A DNA stretch of 64,000 nt from a virus (taxonomy: Duplodnaviria; Caudoviricetes): the IMG/VR virus record IMGVR_UViG_3300016471_000834, positions 1 to 64,000 of that record; one strand, given 5' to 3'. The position numbers and the translations under genes are program-made. Shown piece by piece: positions 36,251 through 44,797 of the stretch (the stretch's first letter is position 1; each line of letters opens with the position of its first letter). Below the pieces are notes generated by a model. That model was not told the origin of the DNA. It saw only the letters and a program-made list of their open reading frames with translations, and ran no database searches.

Positions 36251-37963
36251 TTACCGAGTGGCCGTCAGACCGGTGAGGTCGAAAACGGACCCGGCGAAAA
36301 TGTCATTGCCCTTGACCGCAGACTCTCCACCGCCACCACCCGGCAGTGAAACTGGGGGCCGCGGAGCCTCCCTGAGCTGCTTCAGTTCGGCGGTAACCTG
36401 ATCGAGCTGAGCCTTCATCGCCTCCACGCCCTGGCCCCCCTGTCCATGGGTCTGAGCCTGATCGATGGCGGCCTTGAGTGCGGCAAGCTGCTCGGGCTTT
36501 GCCGCCTTGAGGGCTGGCACGATGGTGTTTGTGTCCAGAGCCCCCATGAGCCCGCGCTGGAACATTCCCAGGAGGTCTGGCGGAGTGCCATTCAGGTTCT
36601 GCCCAGAAAGCTGCCCTGCCAGAGCGTCCTGAATCATGGACGGCTGTGGCTCGCCCTGCACAGCGGCCTTCATGGTGGACTGGTAAACCTCAAGCCCCTT
36701 GGCCGCCAGTTCCGCGTCGGTCGCCTTGGGGTTCAGGGTCTTAAGAACTTCAATCGCACCCTTGGCGGCAGCCTGAGAATACTGGACTGCCTGCTCGGGG
36801 CTCATCGGCTGCTTCGCCATGTTAACACCCTCCGACGCCGATGGCGTCTGGTTGTAAGACTTGGCCGCAGGGGAACACTTCCCCTTGTCGGCTCCGGTCG
36901 CGGTTTCCCCTCCAATGCTCTCATCCTCAGAGGAAGAGGAAGTACCATCCACCGCCAACAGCTCATCGAGAAGAGAGAGCACCATCTCGAGGCCAGTCTT
37001 CATATCGGCTCCCTTGGACTTCGCTTCATCGAGCTTCGCCCGGGTGGCCTTCGAAATCGTTCTGCCAGCCTTCATCACTTCCATCGAGGTGGAAGCGGAC
37101 ATCCGGCTGGATGCGCACATCGTTGCGCAGGTGAGGCAGGTGCTTGCACACGCCTTGGCCTCAGCGAGATCAGACCCTGCACAGGCCATTGCACAGGCTC
37201 GACAGGCCATCTCGCACATCACGAGGGCCATCGGAGCAAACGACGAACTCCTATTGCAGAGTTGAATGCAAAGGGAACAGATGTCAACACATTCTTGGCA
37301 GGCGCGAATGCAAGCACCCATATCCGCGACGTTTGCCTGGTTCATGCAGGCGGAGATACACAACTGGCATGCTCCGATACACGCCTGGCAACAGGCAACG
37401 ATGGAGGCCGTATCCATCGTCATCGCCTTGATAGCCTTCGCGGCAGCGGCCAAAGCCTTCCGCACAGTCGCATTTTTGGCTGCAGCCAGCGGAGCAACGA
37501 TAGACATCAGGTGACGATGGAACTGAGTGAGAGCAGCGTCTACTGCAGCGACTTTGTCGGGAACAGCCTCATCTTCGAGGATGTTCCGGATCACGTCCTG
37601 CAAAGCGTCTGTCGACCGCCAGAGGCCGTTGTTCAGCGTGTTGACGGCGAGAGCCGCATCAAAAGTGGTAGCGTCCACCGACTTCGTTGCACCTGCGAGG
37701 AACGCTTCACCGAGCGCGCCACCGCCGAACCACTCAGCCGGGCTGATCATCCGCTGGTACCAAGCGAGCTTCACGCCAGGAGTGAACGTGATGGGCGCGG
37801 AGGTATCGGACTTCGCCGTGACGGTCCTGCGGTTGGCGCCGGCCGGCACAAGAGAGACGAACGCCCGGTCTCCGTCCATCTGAGGATGGGACATGATGGT
37901 GAACATCGGCTTACCAGCCCCATCACGGGGGAGTTTGTCCAGCATTTCGGCGTTGTCAGGCAT
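36251..37963 (-). CDS. Head scaffold-like protein with inserted 20-Cys four-helix-bundle (copper storage protein/DUF326-like) domain
   Basis: FVSLVPAGANRR and KAGRTIS motifs typical of XkdF-associated scaffolds flank CCQACIGACQLCISAC...CASTCLTCATMC. Confidence 0.8.
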   Translation of the reverse strand: MPDNAEMLDKLPRDGAGKPMFTIMSHPQMDGDRAFVSLVPAGANRRTVTAKSDTSAPITFTPGVKLAWYQRMISPAEWFGGGALGEAFLAGATKSVDATTFDAALAVNTLNNGLWRSTDALQDVIRNILEDEAVPDKVAAVDAALTQFHRHLMSIVAPLAAAKNATVRKALAAAAKAIKAMTMDTASIVACCQACIGACQLCISACMNQANVADMGACIRACQECVDICSLCIQLCNRSSSFAPMALVMCEMACRACAMACAGSDLAEAKACASTCLTCATMCASSRMSASTSMEVMKAGRTISKATRAKLDEAKSKGADMKTGLEMVLSLLDELLAVDGTSSSSEDESIGGETATGADKGKCSPAAKSYNQTPSASEGVNMAKQPMSPEQAVQYSQAAAKGAIEVLKTLNPKATDAELAAKGLEVYQSTMKAAVQGEPQPSMIQDALAGQLSGQNLNGTPPDLLGMFQRGLMGALDTNTIVPALKAAKPEQLAALKAAIDQAQTHGQGGQGVEAMKAQLDQVTAELKQLREAPRPPVSLPGGGGGESAVKGNDIFAGSVFDLTGLTATR

Positions 37964-38531
37964 GTGCCTCTCCTCCGGTCCGTACAGTCACAAGGGTTTT
38001 GTTGACGAGGGTCTCGAAGGATACTGCCTCGAGCACACCGGAGTCAACCATGAGCCATTCGGGCGTGCCCGGCTGAATCTTCACGACCAGCACCCAGCAG
38101 CCAGGAAAAAAATTGGGGGAGGCGATCTCCGGAGTGTTCACGAAGCTCTGCACGACCTTCAACCCCTCTCGAGGCTGCTTGTCGTGAAAGGCGTCCAACT
38201 TCCGGCTGTGGACCAAGAAGTCCTCGGCCATCTTGATGAGGTCATCTTGCAGCATGACCTCCCCCTGGCTGTCGATTGGATCGAGCGCCAGTCGGGCAAG
38301 GTCAGGCTGTGCAGCTATGACCTGGCGATAAGCGTCGCGCTGTGTCAGCACAGTATTCGCGGTCATCAGTGCTTCGACCTGGGTCCAGAAGTCCGAGAAC
38401 GCCTTGGGATCGAACGGGAGGTATACTTCAGCGTAGATAAGTCCTTCCTTGAGGACACCGCCATCAGTGCCCTTCCGAACTCGAGCGATCTTGACTTGCG
38501 CTCTGCTCACGCGGTCGACAGCCTCAGCCAC
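37956..38531 (-). CDS. XkdF-like prohead serine protease
   Basis: GLIYAEVYLP...DSQGEVM...HD...VVQSF...WVLVVKI...W..V.SG...S. Confidence 0.8.
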   Translation of the reverse strand: MAEAVDRVSRAQVKIARVRKGTDGGVLKEGLIYAEVYLPFDPKAFSDFWTQVEALMTANTVLTQRDAYRQVIAAQPDLARLALDPIDSQGEVMLQDDLIKMAEDFLVHSRKLDAFHDKQPREGLKVVQSFVNTPEIASPNFFPGCWVLVVKIQPGTPEWLMVDSGVLEAVSFETLVNKTLVTVRTGGEAHA

Positions 38532-38686
38532 CTACGATCCCTTTCAAAATGGATAGCGTAGTCCGGATTGCAAACGGTTCACCCACCAACATTAGCGATA
38601 GACTACGCACACACTCTAAGGATATGACTGCTTTCAACGAAGCGTCAATAAAATCCATGTAGGCTGTGCCTGTTTTCTGCACAGTC

Positions 38687-39643
38687 TTAGCGGATGAGGA
38701 TCTGCGAGCGACAGAACATGTGCTGGGGGGGCATGATGACACCCATCGCAACGAGCTCAGGAGCGCTCAAGAGCGCTCCCGTCGCGTCCGTGATGTCGGA
38801 AACCTTGACCCAGGGGGCGATGGCCTTCCACTCCTCCGGGTCCTGGGCCTGAAGTAGACGATCGCGAAGGTCTATGGCGTGTTCGACTCGAAAGATGGTC
38901 CCGTTCAGCGCCTCGCACACGGGAGACGTGCGCTCGTCCATCGGGTTGACGTACTCGTACTCTTCCACCTCGATGTTGACCATCGTGGAGAGGGACCCGA
39001 ACGTGCGCGCCCGGGTCGTGATGACGTGGCTGAACCCCTTCCAGTAGCTCTCACTCCGCTTGAAGACGGCGTTCTTGAACATGCTGGCCAGCTTCTCGCC
39101 AGCTGCTTCAGCGCCATATCCCTTCTCGAGCACCATCTCGCGAAGCACATCGTCAATTACCCCCTGGGGAATGACGTCGCCGTAGTGCTTCCCGACCCAA
39201 TAGATTCCATTCCGGTTCAACCCGGCGATAGCGTCGGCATCGGCCACCCCGAAGGACATGCTGACGTTCGCCGCCGTGGACATCTCCTTGAGGCCCAGCT
39301 TGTACGAGCCCCGAAGCGCTGGCAGCAGCAGATCCTTGTCATCGTCGGTCAGTTGTATGCCAGCGGCTATCAGCGCTTCGCGTAGCGAAAGCATTTCCCC
39401 GGTAACGGCGGCAGCTCTCTCTGCGATGGTTCCAGGCCGATCCGAGATGGCAGCAATCTTCCTGATGGCTGCTCCGATGAGGGGGCCGGCTGCCGTGGAG
39501 AACGCATCGATCAGCAGCTTACTCAGGCGAGATGTCAGGACGGTGTAGCTGGGGGGGGAGGCTTTGATCCCTGCGACTGCGCACATAAGTCCGTGCGCGT
39601 CATCAGCTGCCTGTACCAAAGGACTGTCCAGGTCAAAACACAC
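38687..39643 (-). CDS. Head morphogenesis protein (MuF/SPP1 gp7-like)
   Basis: YEYVNPMDERTSPVCEALNG...PPQHMFCRS. Confidence 0.88.
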   Translation of the reverse strand: MCFDLDSPLVQAADDAHGLMCAVAGIKASPPSYTVLTSRLSKLLIDAFSTAAGPLIGAAIRKIAAISDRPGTIAERAAAVTGEMLSLREALIAAGIQLTDDDKDLLLPALRGSYKLGLKEMSTAANVSMSFGVADADAIAGLNRNGIYWVGKHYGDVIPQGVIDDVLREMVLEKGYGAEAAGEKLASMFKNAVFKRSESYWKGFSHVITTRARTFGSLSTMVNIEVEEYEYVNPMDERTSPVCEALNGTIFRVEHAIDLRDRLLQAQDPEEWKAIAPWVKVSDITDATGALLSAPELVAMGVIMPPQHMFCRSQILIR

Positions 39644-39646
39644 AGG

Positions 39647-40060
39647 CTATTCCTCCGGAGCTGCAAGGGTCTCAACGAGGGCCGGAATAGGCTCGAGATC
39701 CACATGCACGAGGAATGGGACCATCAGTCCCTCAACTTCCTGGGCCGGGACATGAAGATACGCACCCATGTCGATGTTAGGAGTGTAGGGAGTTCCATTC
39801 CCCTGGTCATCATAGCCTATGAGACTTAACTCAGCTCTCTTGCCATCCGCGCTGTATACAAGGCTCTCACACCTTGCGATGATGCGAAGCCCTCCAGCGG
39901 GAGTTGGACGGCGCCCCCAACGCCAGGGCTCCAACCGCAGATTGATCTCATGCCCCTTCGTAAATGGCACCGCATCATTCTTGAGCCCGTCGACCCATAA
40001 CCATCCTTCATCGGTTCTCAGCTCGAGCCATGTGCCAACCTGCACAACCTGCATTTTCAT
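39647..40060 (-). CDS. Hypothetical protein
   Basis: ORF abutting the MuF start. Confidence 0.55.
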   Translation of the reverse strand: MKMQVVQVGTWLELRTDEGWLWVDGLKNDAVPFTKGHEINLRLEPWRWGRRPTPAGGLRIIARCESLVYSADGKRAELSLIGYDDQGNGTPYTPNIDMGAYLHVPAQEVEGLMVPFLVHVDLEPIPALVETLAAPEE

Positions 40061-40194
40061 CGGCTTTTCCCTGGAATGTGTAAACGATTTGACGGACTAC
40101 CAGATCAGTCCTACATGGGAAAAATGCGGTACCATATCCTGTCGTCCGTCAGACAGCAGACTACAGCCACACAGGAACACGATAGCACACAGAA

Positions 40195-40386
40195 TTACTG
40201 TCCGCACCGTTCTTGCTCCAACCTCTCGGCATCATAATACCGGCTCTGCGCCCTGTACTGCTTGTGGATGACGAACTTCCGCCTCACGAGGCTCGAGACG
40301 GACTGAAGGTCGAAGGAGATCCCCACCATCCGGCCTGTCTCGAGTTCGAGGTACCCGAAAAACCAGTGCATCGATGTTTCCTTCAA
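40195..40386 (-). CDS. Small hypothetical protein
   Basis: ATGA overlap with the upstream gene. Confidence 0.5.
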   Translation of the reverse strand: MKETSMHWFFGYLELETGRMVGISFDLQSVSSLVRRKFVIHKQYRAQSRYYDAERLEQERCGQ

Positions 40387-41402
40387 GCCGCCTGACGCAT
40401 TCTGGCAACGATGGCGCGGCCTTCATCACTCAACGCATAGAAGATCCTGGGCGCTCCCCTTTCCGTCCCCTTGAATACCCTGCGTTGCACAGTCATGAGC
40501 CCCTGAACCTCGAGTCGAAGGAGCGCTTGCTTGATCGACTCCTTGCTCAAGGGGGTCCAATCCCCGTAGATGGCCCCGGCCAGCTCGAATCGGGTCTCAA
40601 GCCCATCAGCCAGCGCTTGCAGAATGCGCAGGCGCACGAGGGATAGGGTCTCGATCACAGGAGGCTGCACCGGATTGTCGGTGTATCGACTCTCCGGCTT
40701 CCCCTCGGCGAGAGTGCTCACCTTCCGGCCACAGGCCGGGCAGCTTGGGAGCGAAAAGATGGGGGCCCAGAAGTGGATCGGCATGAGCGTCGCGTGCTTA
40801 TCCCCGTGCTGGCAGACTACCAACTTGAACAGTTTGGGGAGTGGCACATTGAAGCTCAATCCCAACTTCTGGCATATGGCTGGAGATACCCGATCAGGGT
40901 CGTAACACTCTGGCCGCTTGCGGAAGAATGCTTCCAGCCACTCCGGATAGATCATGTGTGCGCGATTCGGGCCAGCGTTGGGGCCGTTCCGATACTCGAG
41001 CCCCAGCTCGTTGCACCACCATGTGACCGTCTTTTCCTCAACGCCCATGGCTCGAGCAATCTGGCGAGCGGAATACATCCCCTGCATGGTGTACTGGTTC
41101 ATCCCGTATTCGCGCCTGGCCCGGATCTTGAGCGCATTTTTGCTCCGCTGTCCCAAGCGCCTTCCCAGACGCTCGGCGGAGGTGACGCCGTAGTGCTCCC
41201 GGAATTCCTCCTCCTGCTCCGGGCGCCACTACCGCTCTGTCAACGCCTTGGCCGGTACAAAGCCAGCCTGACAGCGGCCACAGCCCTGCCCCGCGCACGG
41301 CTTGTGCGGTCGAATACGGCCTGAGCCTTTGCACAGCGCACAATCGCCGCCTTTACCATTGCACTCCTTACACCACACCGGTCTCCAGGGTCCAACGCTC
41401 AT
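40383..41402 (-). pseudogene. Zn-finger + Myb-like/HTH multi-domain regulator split by one in-frame TAG (41229-41231)
   Basis: ATG 41402 with RBS gives a 57-aa Cys-rich peptide; the frame continues after TAG as WRPEQEEEFREHYG...LGRRLGQRSKNALKIRA into ORF 40383-41156. Confidence 0.6.
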
Positions 41403-41426
41403 TTCTCCCTCCGCTTCAGCATGCCA

Positions 41427-41885
41427 CTACGTGATGGTGAGTCTCGAGATCTCCGTTCCATCCCGCCGAGCGGCGACGATGGTGATGGGCGGGCGTTCTG
41501 CCTCTATGGGAGGGGGCTTCAGCTCGCTCTGATACAAACCATCGTCGACCGTTGGGAGCGCTCGGTAGACCGGGCCGTACACGATGGTTGCCTGCCCCTG
41601 TGCCCAGGTGACGCCCACCGTTGAAAGCCCCTGCTTCCATGCCTCATCCAGGAACGGCCCGACCTGTGTCAGGTCTCTGGTCGGAGCTGCCGCCAGCATG
41701 TCGCCCTCTACCATCGTCCGCACAGCGACCGGGCACGTCTGATGACACGGGCAAGAGCAGGTGACGTACTCCTCGGAGTCCAGGGAATGGCTGCCGGTAC
41801 ACATCGTGTGCTGCTCAATCCACCAGTCTCCCTGATCCCCGGGGCTGGCGCATGGGTTCAACACTGTTTTGCCTACTTCACGCAC
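41427..41885 (-). CDS. Hypothetical protein with Cys/His motif
   Basis: GGAGG RBS before GTG 41885; CSCPCH. Confidence 0.5.
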   Translation of the reverse strand: MREVGKTVLNPCASPGDQGDWWIEQHTMCTGSHSLDSEEYVTCSCPCHQTCPVAVRTMVEGDMLAAAPTRDLTQVGPFLDEAWKQGLSTVGVTWAQGQATIVYGPVYRALPTVDDGLYQSELKPPPIEAERPPITIVAARRDGTEISRLTIT

Positions 41886-42117
41886 AGCGACCTCCATGTA
41901 GAGCCCGGAACTTCGCCGTCTCCTCCCTGGAGACTCGAGCCGCCCAGGCTTCGGTTTCCTCATCGTATTGCTCGCCTCTTCGGGACCGGCACCGCCAGCA
42001 CTGGCACCGGTCGCCGATGAGGCCGGAGACACAGTTGGCGGAAAAGGAGATTCGCACCTCCCCTGCTCGAACCATGTCATCTAACTCCGACAGAAGTTCG
42101 TCCAGCACATGACTCAT
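41878..42117 (-). CDS. Small hypothetical protein
   Basis: Coupled overlap; CQCWRC. Confidence 0.55.
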   Translation of the reverse strand: MSHVLDELLSELDDMVRAGEVRISFSANCVSGLIGDRCQCWRCRSRRGEQYDEETEAWAARVSREETAKFRALHGGRCA

Positions 42118-42638
42118 CTGGTCACCACCGGGATCTCTTGAATCAGAACAGGCTTCGTCCGGTCTAGCACCAGAGCCTCCATCTCCCCTCGCCGCAGGAA
42201 GAGCGCTAGGATCTCCGTCTTCGGCACCTCGTACTGGTGAACCACGCGGACGTCCCGACGCAACGCGAACTCGGCGGCCTTGATGGGCGAGATGGTGTAG
42301 GCGATCCAGTCATCCTCGCCGGGCCGATGAGCGCGGAAGAGCGTCACCACGTCAGGCAAAGCGCGAAGCACATCGAGCTCACTCGGCTTCATGAGGCTGG
42401 TTTCTCGGTTGCGCCGCTTGGAACTGAATAGCCGCTTCCAGAGCGCCAGGTCGGACCATCCGGTATAGCTCACCCACAACGTGCCCAAGGTGAACCAGTA
42501 TGCGTAGTCGGTCAGGTCGTTGGCGTCCCGTGCAAAGCGCTCAATAGCCCTTGGCGTCGCCTCGTGCTTCAGGATTCCCTTGATGATCCTGGCGTCCCGC
42601 ATGTTCGGGCGGAAGTCTGGCGAGATGTCCTGGTTCAT
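42114..42638 (-). CDS. Hypothetical protein
   Basis: Coupled overlaps; TLFRAH...WIAYT...A..FA.R...E motif of unresolved family. Confidence 0.6.
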   Translation of the reverse strand: MNQDISPDFRPNMRDARIIKGILKHEATPRAIERFARDANDLTDYAYWFTLGTLWVSYTGWSDLALWKRLFSSKRRNRETSLMKPSELDVLRALPDVVTLFRAHRPGEDDWIAYTISPIKAAEFALRRDVRVVHQYEVPKTEILALFLRRGEMEALVLDRTKPVLIQEIPVVTR

Positions 42639-43084
42639 GCTCCATCATCCTCCCGTGTACCTTTCAGCCGGGCGTACTCGATGAAGTTGGTCTGACTGAT
42701 GACCTCAAAGGGCATCTCCGTTACGTTCTGCGGCTTGCCCTGGAAGAGCACCGTGATCTCCCGAAAGTGCTTGAGCGCTACCTTCACTTCGGCGTAAACC
42801 CCGCGCCCTATAACGCCGTCATCCGGCACCAACACGAGGAACCATGTGGAGGCCCGAATCTGATCCTGCCCGCGATCCTGCCATTCTCCCCAGCTATACT
42901 GTGGCGCGAATACTTGGGCGCCGTCGTAGAGGCACAGTATGGTACCGCTCCACCTAGAGAGCATCGTCCGTCGACATCTATTCGGTAAGCTCACGTAAAC
43001 GCGATACCCGCTCATCGTACCCTCGTCGTGCTGTGGGAGGCCAGCCATGCCACACCTGGTCACACAGTCAATCATCGATACCAA
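42635..43084 (-). CDS. Hypothetical protein
   Basis: Coupled overlaps. Confidence 0.55.
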   Translation of the reverse strand: MVSMIDCVTRCGMAGLPQHDEGTMSGYRVYVSLPNRCRRTMLSRWSGTILCLYDGAQVFAPQYSWGEWQDRGQDQIRASTWFLVLVPDDGVIGRGVYAEVKVALKHFREITVLFQGKPQNVTEMPFEVISQTNFIEYARLKGTREDDGA

Positions 43085-43324
43085 CTATACATCGTGCTCC
43101 CATTCGTAGGCTTCAAGCGCACTCTGAGGCGACACTGGACAGTGGTTGATCGTCGCTTCAACCCGCCCAGTGTCTGTACAGTAAACCGACATTACGGTTA
43201 CATCCTGGGTACCTGCATCGTGGAGCCCGATCACAAGGCTGGGAAATGGCTGCAACGGCAGGTCCACGTCCCGCTCCCATGTCACATCGGCCTCAATGTC
43301 GTGCCAGCACAAACGCACCTTCAT
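43085..43324 (-). CDS. Small hypothetical protein
   Basis: ATG 43324 overlaps the upstream stop. Confidence 0.5.
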   Translation of the reverse strand: MKVRLCWHDIEADVTWERDVDLPLQPFPSLVIGLHDAGTQDVTVMSVYCTDTGRVEATINHCPVSPQSALEAYEWEHDV

Positions 43325-43500
43325 CCCAACCTCACTGTATGAGGCGCAGCAGCCCCGCGCACGCACGGAACACCCTGACGGAACGAGCTGTAGCGCACTC
43401 CAGCATCACAGGTGTTGTGGTCGATGCCGTTGAAGTGAGTGCAGCGATTCATTGCCCGATCAAGATCGATGGCCTGCTTGCGCTCCTTGAAGGTGCTCAT
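43321..43500 (-). CDS. 59-aa Cys/His protein (not in ORF track)
   Basis: MSTFKERKQ...RCTHFNGIDHNTCDAGVRY...VPC; ATGA overlaps at both ends. Confidence 0.55.
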   Translation of the reverse strand: MSTFKERKQAIDLDRAMNRCTHFNGIDHNTCDAGVRYSSFRQGVPCVRGAAAPHTVRLG

Positions 43501-43742
43501 GAGGTTCCCTTCCGCTTCACTCCCGTCCAGGGGAAGCCCTGCTGTATTGTTTCGATCTCCGGGTCATGGCAGAGTTGCTCGAAGAGCTCGGCCACATGCT
43601 GGCTTGAGGTGGCCTCGAACACTGAGAACTGACATGCCTCGAGCACCAGCTCCTTCAGCCGGTCATAGGTCAGTTCGTCCGTGAGTTCCTCCTCGGGGAG
43701 CGCCGTGGTGTTGCAGACATAGATGGCCGTTTGTCTTGTCAC
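43497..43742 (-). CDS. Small acidic hypothetical protein
   Basis: Coupled overlaps. Confidence 0.5.
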   Translation of the reverse strand: MTRQTAIYVCNTTALPEEELTDELTYDRLKELVLEACQFSVFEATSSQHVAELFEQLCHDPEIETIQQGFPWTGVKRKGTS

Positions 43743-44182
43743 CGGGAACCCTCTTCAGACGTGTGGCCCAGGGCCGCGGCAGCTCGCTGCACAGCCATTC
43801 GGCGGCGAGCCTCCATGCAGCCGTCTCCCCCGGGTTCAAACGCCCGGCAGATGAGGGGCCGCTGGGCATAGATAGCGCACCGATTCCCGCGCAGCGCGAT
43901 ACAGCACTGGCGGTGATGGGACCACTTCATTCGCTGCCGTTCAGCGAGCTGGTCGAACACCGTCAAGTCTCGAGGCGTTGGGTCATCATCGTAGACCTGG
44001 ACAAAGGTGAAGGCCCGGCAACAGTCTGCTGCACAGTCTCGACATAGATCAGTCGACGGATGTTCCTCATAGGCCTGATGGACAGCCTCGAGACATTCCG
44101 GATGCACATTCCCGTCTCGAGATGGGACGGATGTCGTCATCGTTTTCCAGCAATGCGCACACATAGGGCTTGAGTCGATCAC
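43739..44182 (-). CDS. YkgJ-family cysteine-cluster (putative Zn/Fe-S) protein
   Basis: CRDCAADCC...CIAL...CAIYAQRPLICRAF. Confidence 0.8.
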   Translation of the reverse strand: MIDSSPMCAHCWKTMTTSVPSRDGNVHPECLEAVHQAYEEHPSTDLCRDCAADCCRAFTFVQVYDDDPTPRDLTVFDQLAERQRMKWSHHRQCCIALRGNRCAIYAQRPLICRAFEPGGDGCMEARRRMAVQRAAAALGHTSEEGSR

Positions 44183-44499
44183 GCTACGCTCCCTCCCTGG
44201 GGACCGCCAAAGAGCAGTTCCTGCCGCGGGTCCACAGGCTCAGGCTGTTGGGCTTTGACAGCTCCCGTGGCTTGAGCCACGGGTATTGGCGCGAAAACTC
44301 GCCGATACCGATAGCTGTTCGCCCGGTCCCGCACGCCCATGAATTCGATCAGCGCCATGCCCAGGTCGGACTTGGCGCACACCAGATGCATGCGTCGGCG
44401 AGGTCCACCTTCGTAGTAAACGACTCCAACACGGATCTGCGTCTTGCACTGCATGCAACGCATGAGATGCATGCTAATTGCGAGCTGTTCGGTTCTCAT
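44179..44499 (-). CDS. Hypothetical Zn-finger-like protein
   Basis: CMQC...H..C; ATG 44499 overlaps the upstream stop. Confidence 0.5.
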   Translation of the reverse strand: MRTEQLAISMHLMRCMQCKTQIRVGVVYYEGGPRRRMHLVCAKSDLGMALIEFMGVRDRANSYRYRRVFAPIPVAQATGAVKAQQPEPVDPRQELLFGGPQGGSVA

Positions 44500-44747
44500 G
44501 ACCCACCTTTCTCGGGCCAGCCTTTCCCGCCCGGTCCAAGGTCCAGGAAAACGAGGCCCACCCCGTTGGCGTCGTCGGGCTGCTCGAAGATGGAGACGGC
44601 CTCGACTTTGGCCCAGCGCCACTTGCCGTGGCCCCCTGCTCGATGCTCCACGCACTCGCCTTTTGCCTGTGCTTCCTGACACTCTTTCAGGCCGACGAGT
44701 CCTTTCTCGCCAAAGAATCTGAGCTGTAGTCTGCGTTTCATCCCCAT
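44496..44747 (-). CDS. Small hypothetical protein
   Basis: GGGAG RBS before ATG. Confidence 0.5.
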   Translation of the reverse strand: MGMKRRLQLRFFGEKGLVGLKECQEAQAKGECVEHRAGGHGKWRWAKVEAVSIFEQPDDANGVGLVFLDLGPGGKGWPEKGGS

Positions 44748-44753
44748 CTCCCT

Positions 44754-44790
44754 GCTACCCTCTGAATAGCAATGCTACTTCAGAGATAGC
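44754..44790. promoter_or_regulatory. Imperfect 37-bp inverted repeat in the intergenic gap after the PAPS-reductase gene
   Basis: Minus: GCTATCTCTGAA-G-TAGC-ATT-GCTA-TTCAGAGGGTAGC. Confidence 0.55.
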
Positions 44791-44797
44791 GCCAGAA

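Noticed and set aside
38524-38751. 75-aa ORF in the MuF-protease gap
   Set aside because: It overlaps both neighbours, lacks an RBS, and the gap is better explained as a structured leader.
41229-41231. Genome-wide amber (TAG) recoding
   Set aside because: Several core genes (TMP, gpI-like, stopper, SbcD, DndC-like) end in TAG directly before the next gene or a gap, and no suppressor tRNA is seen.
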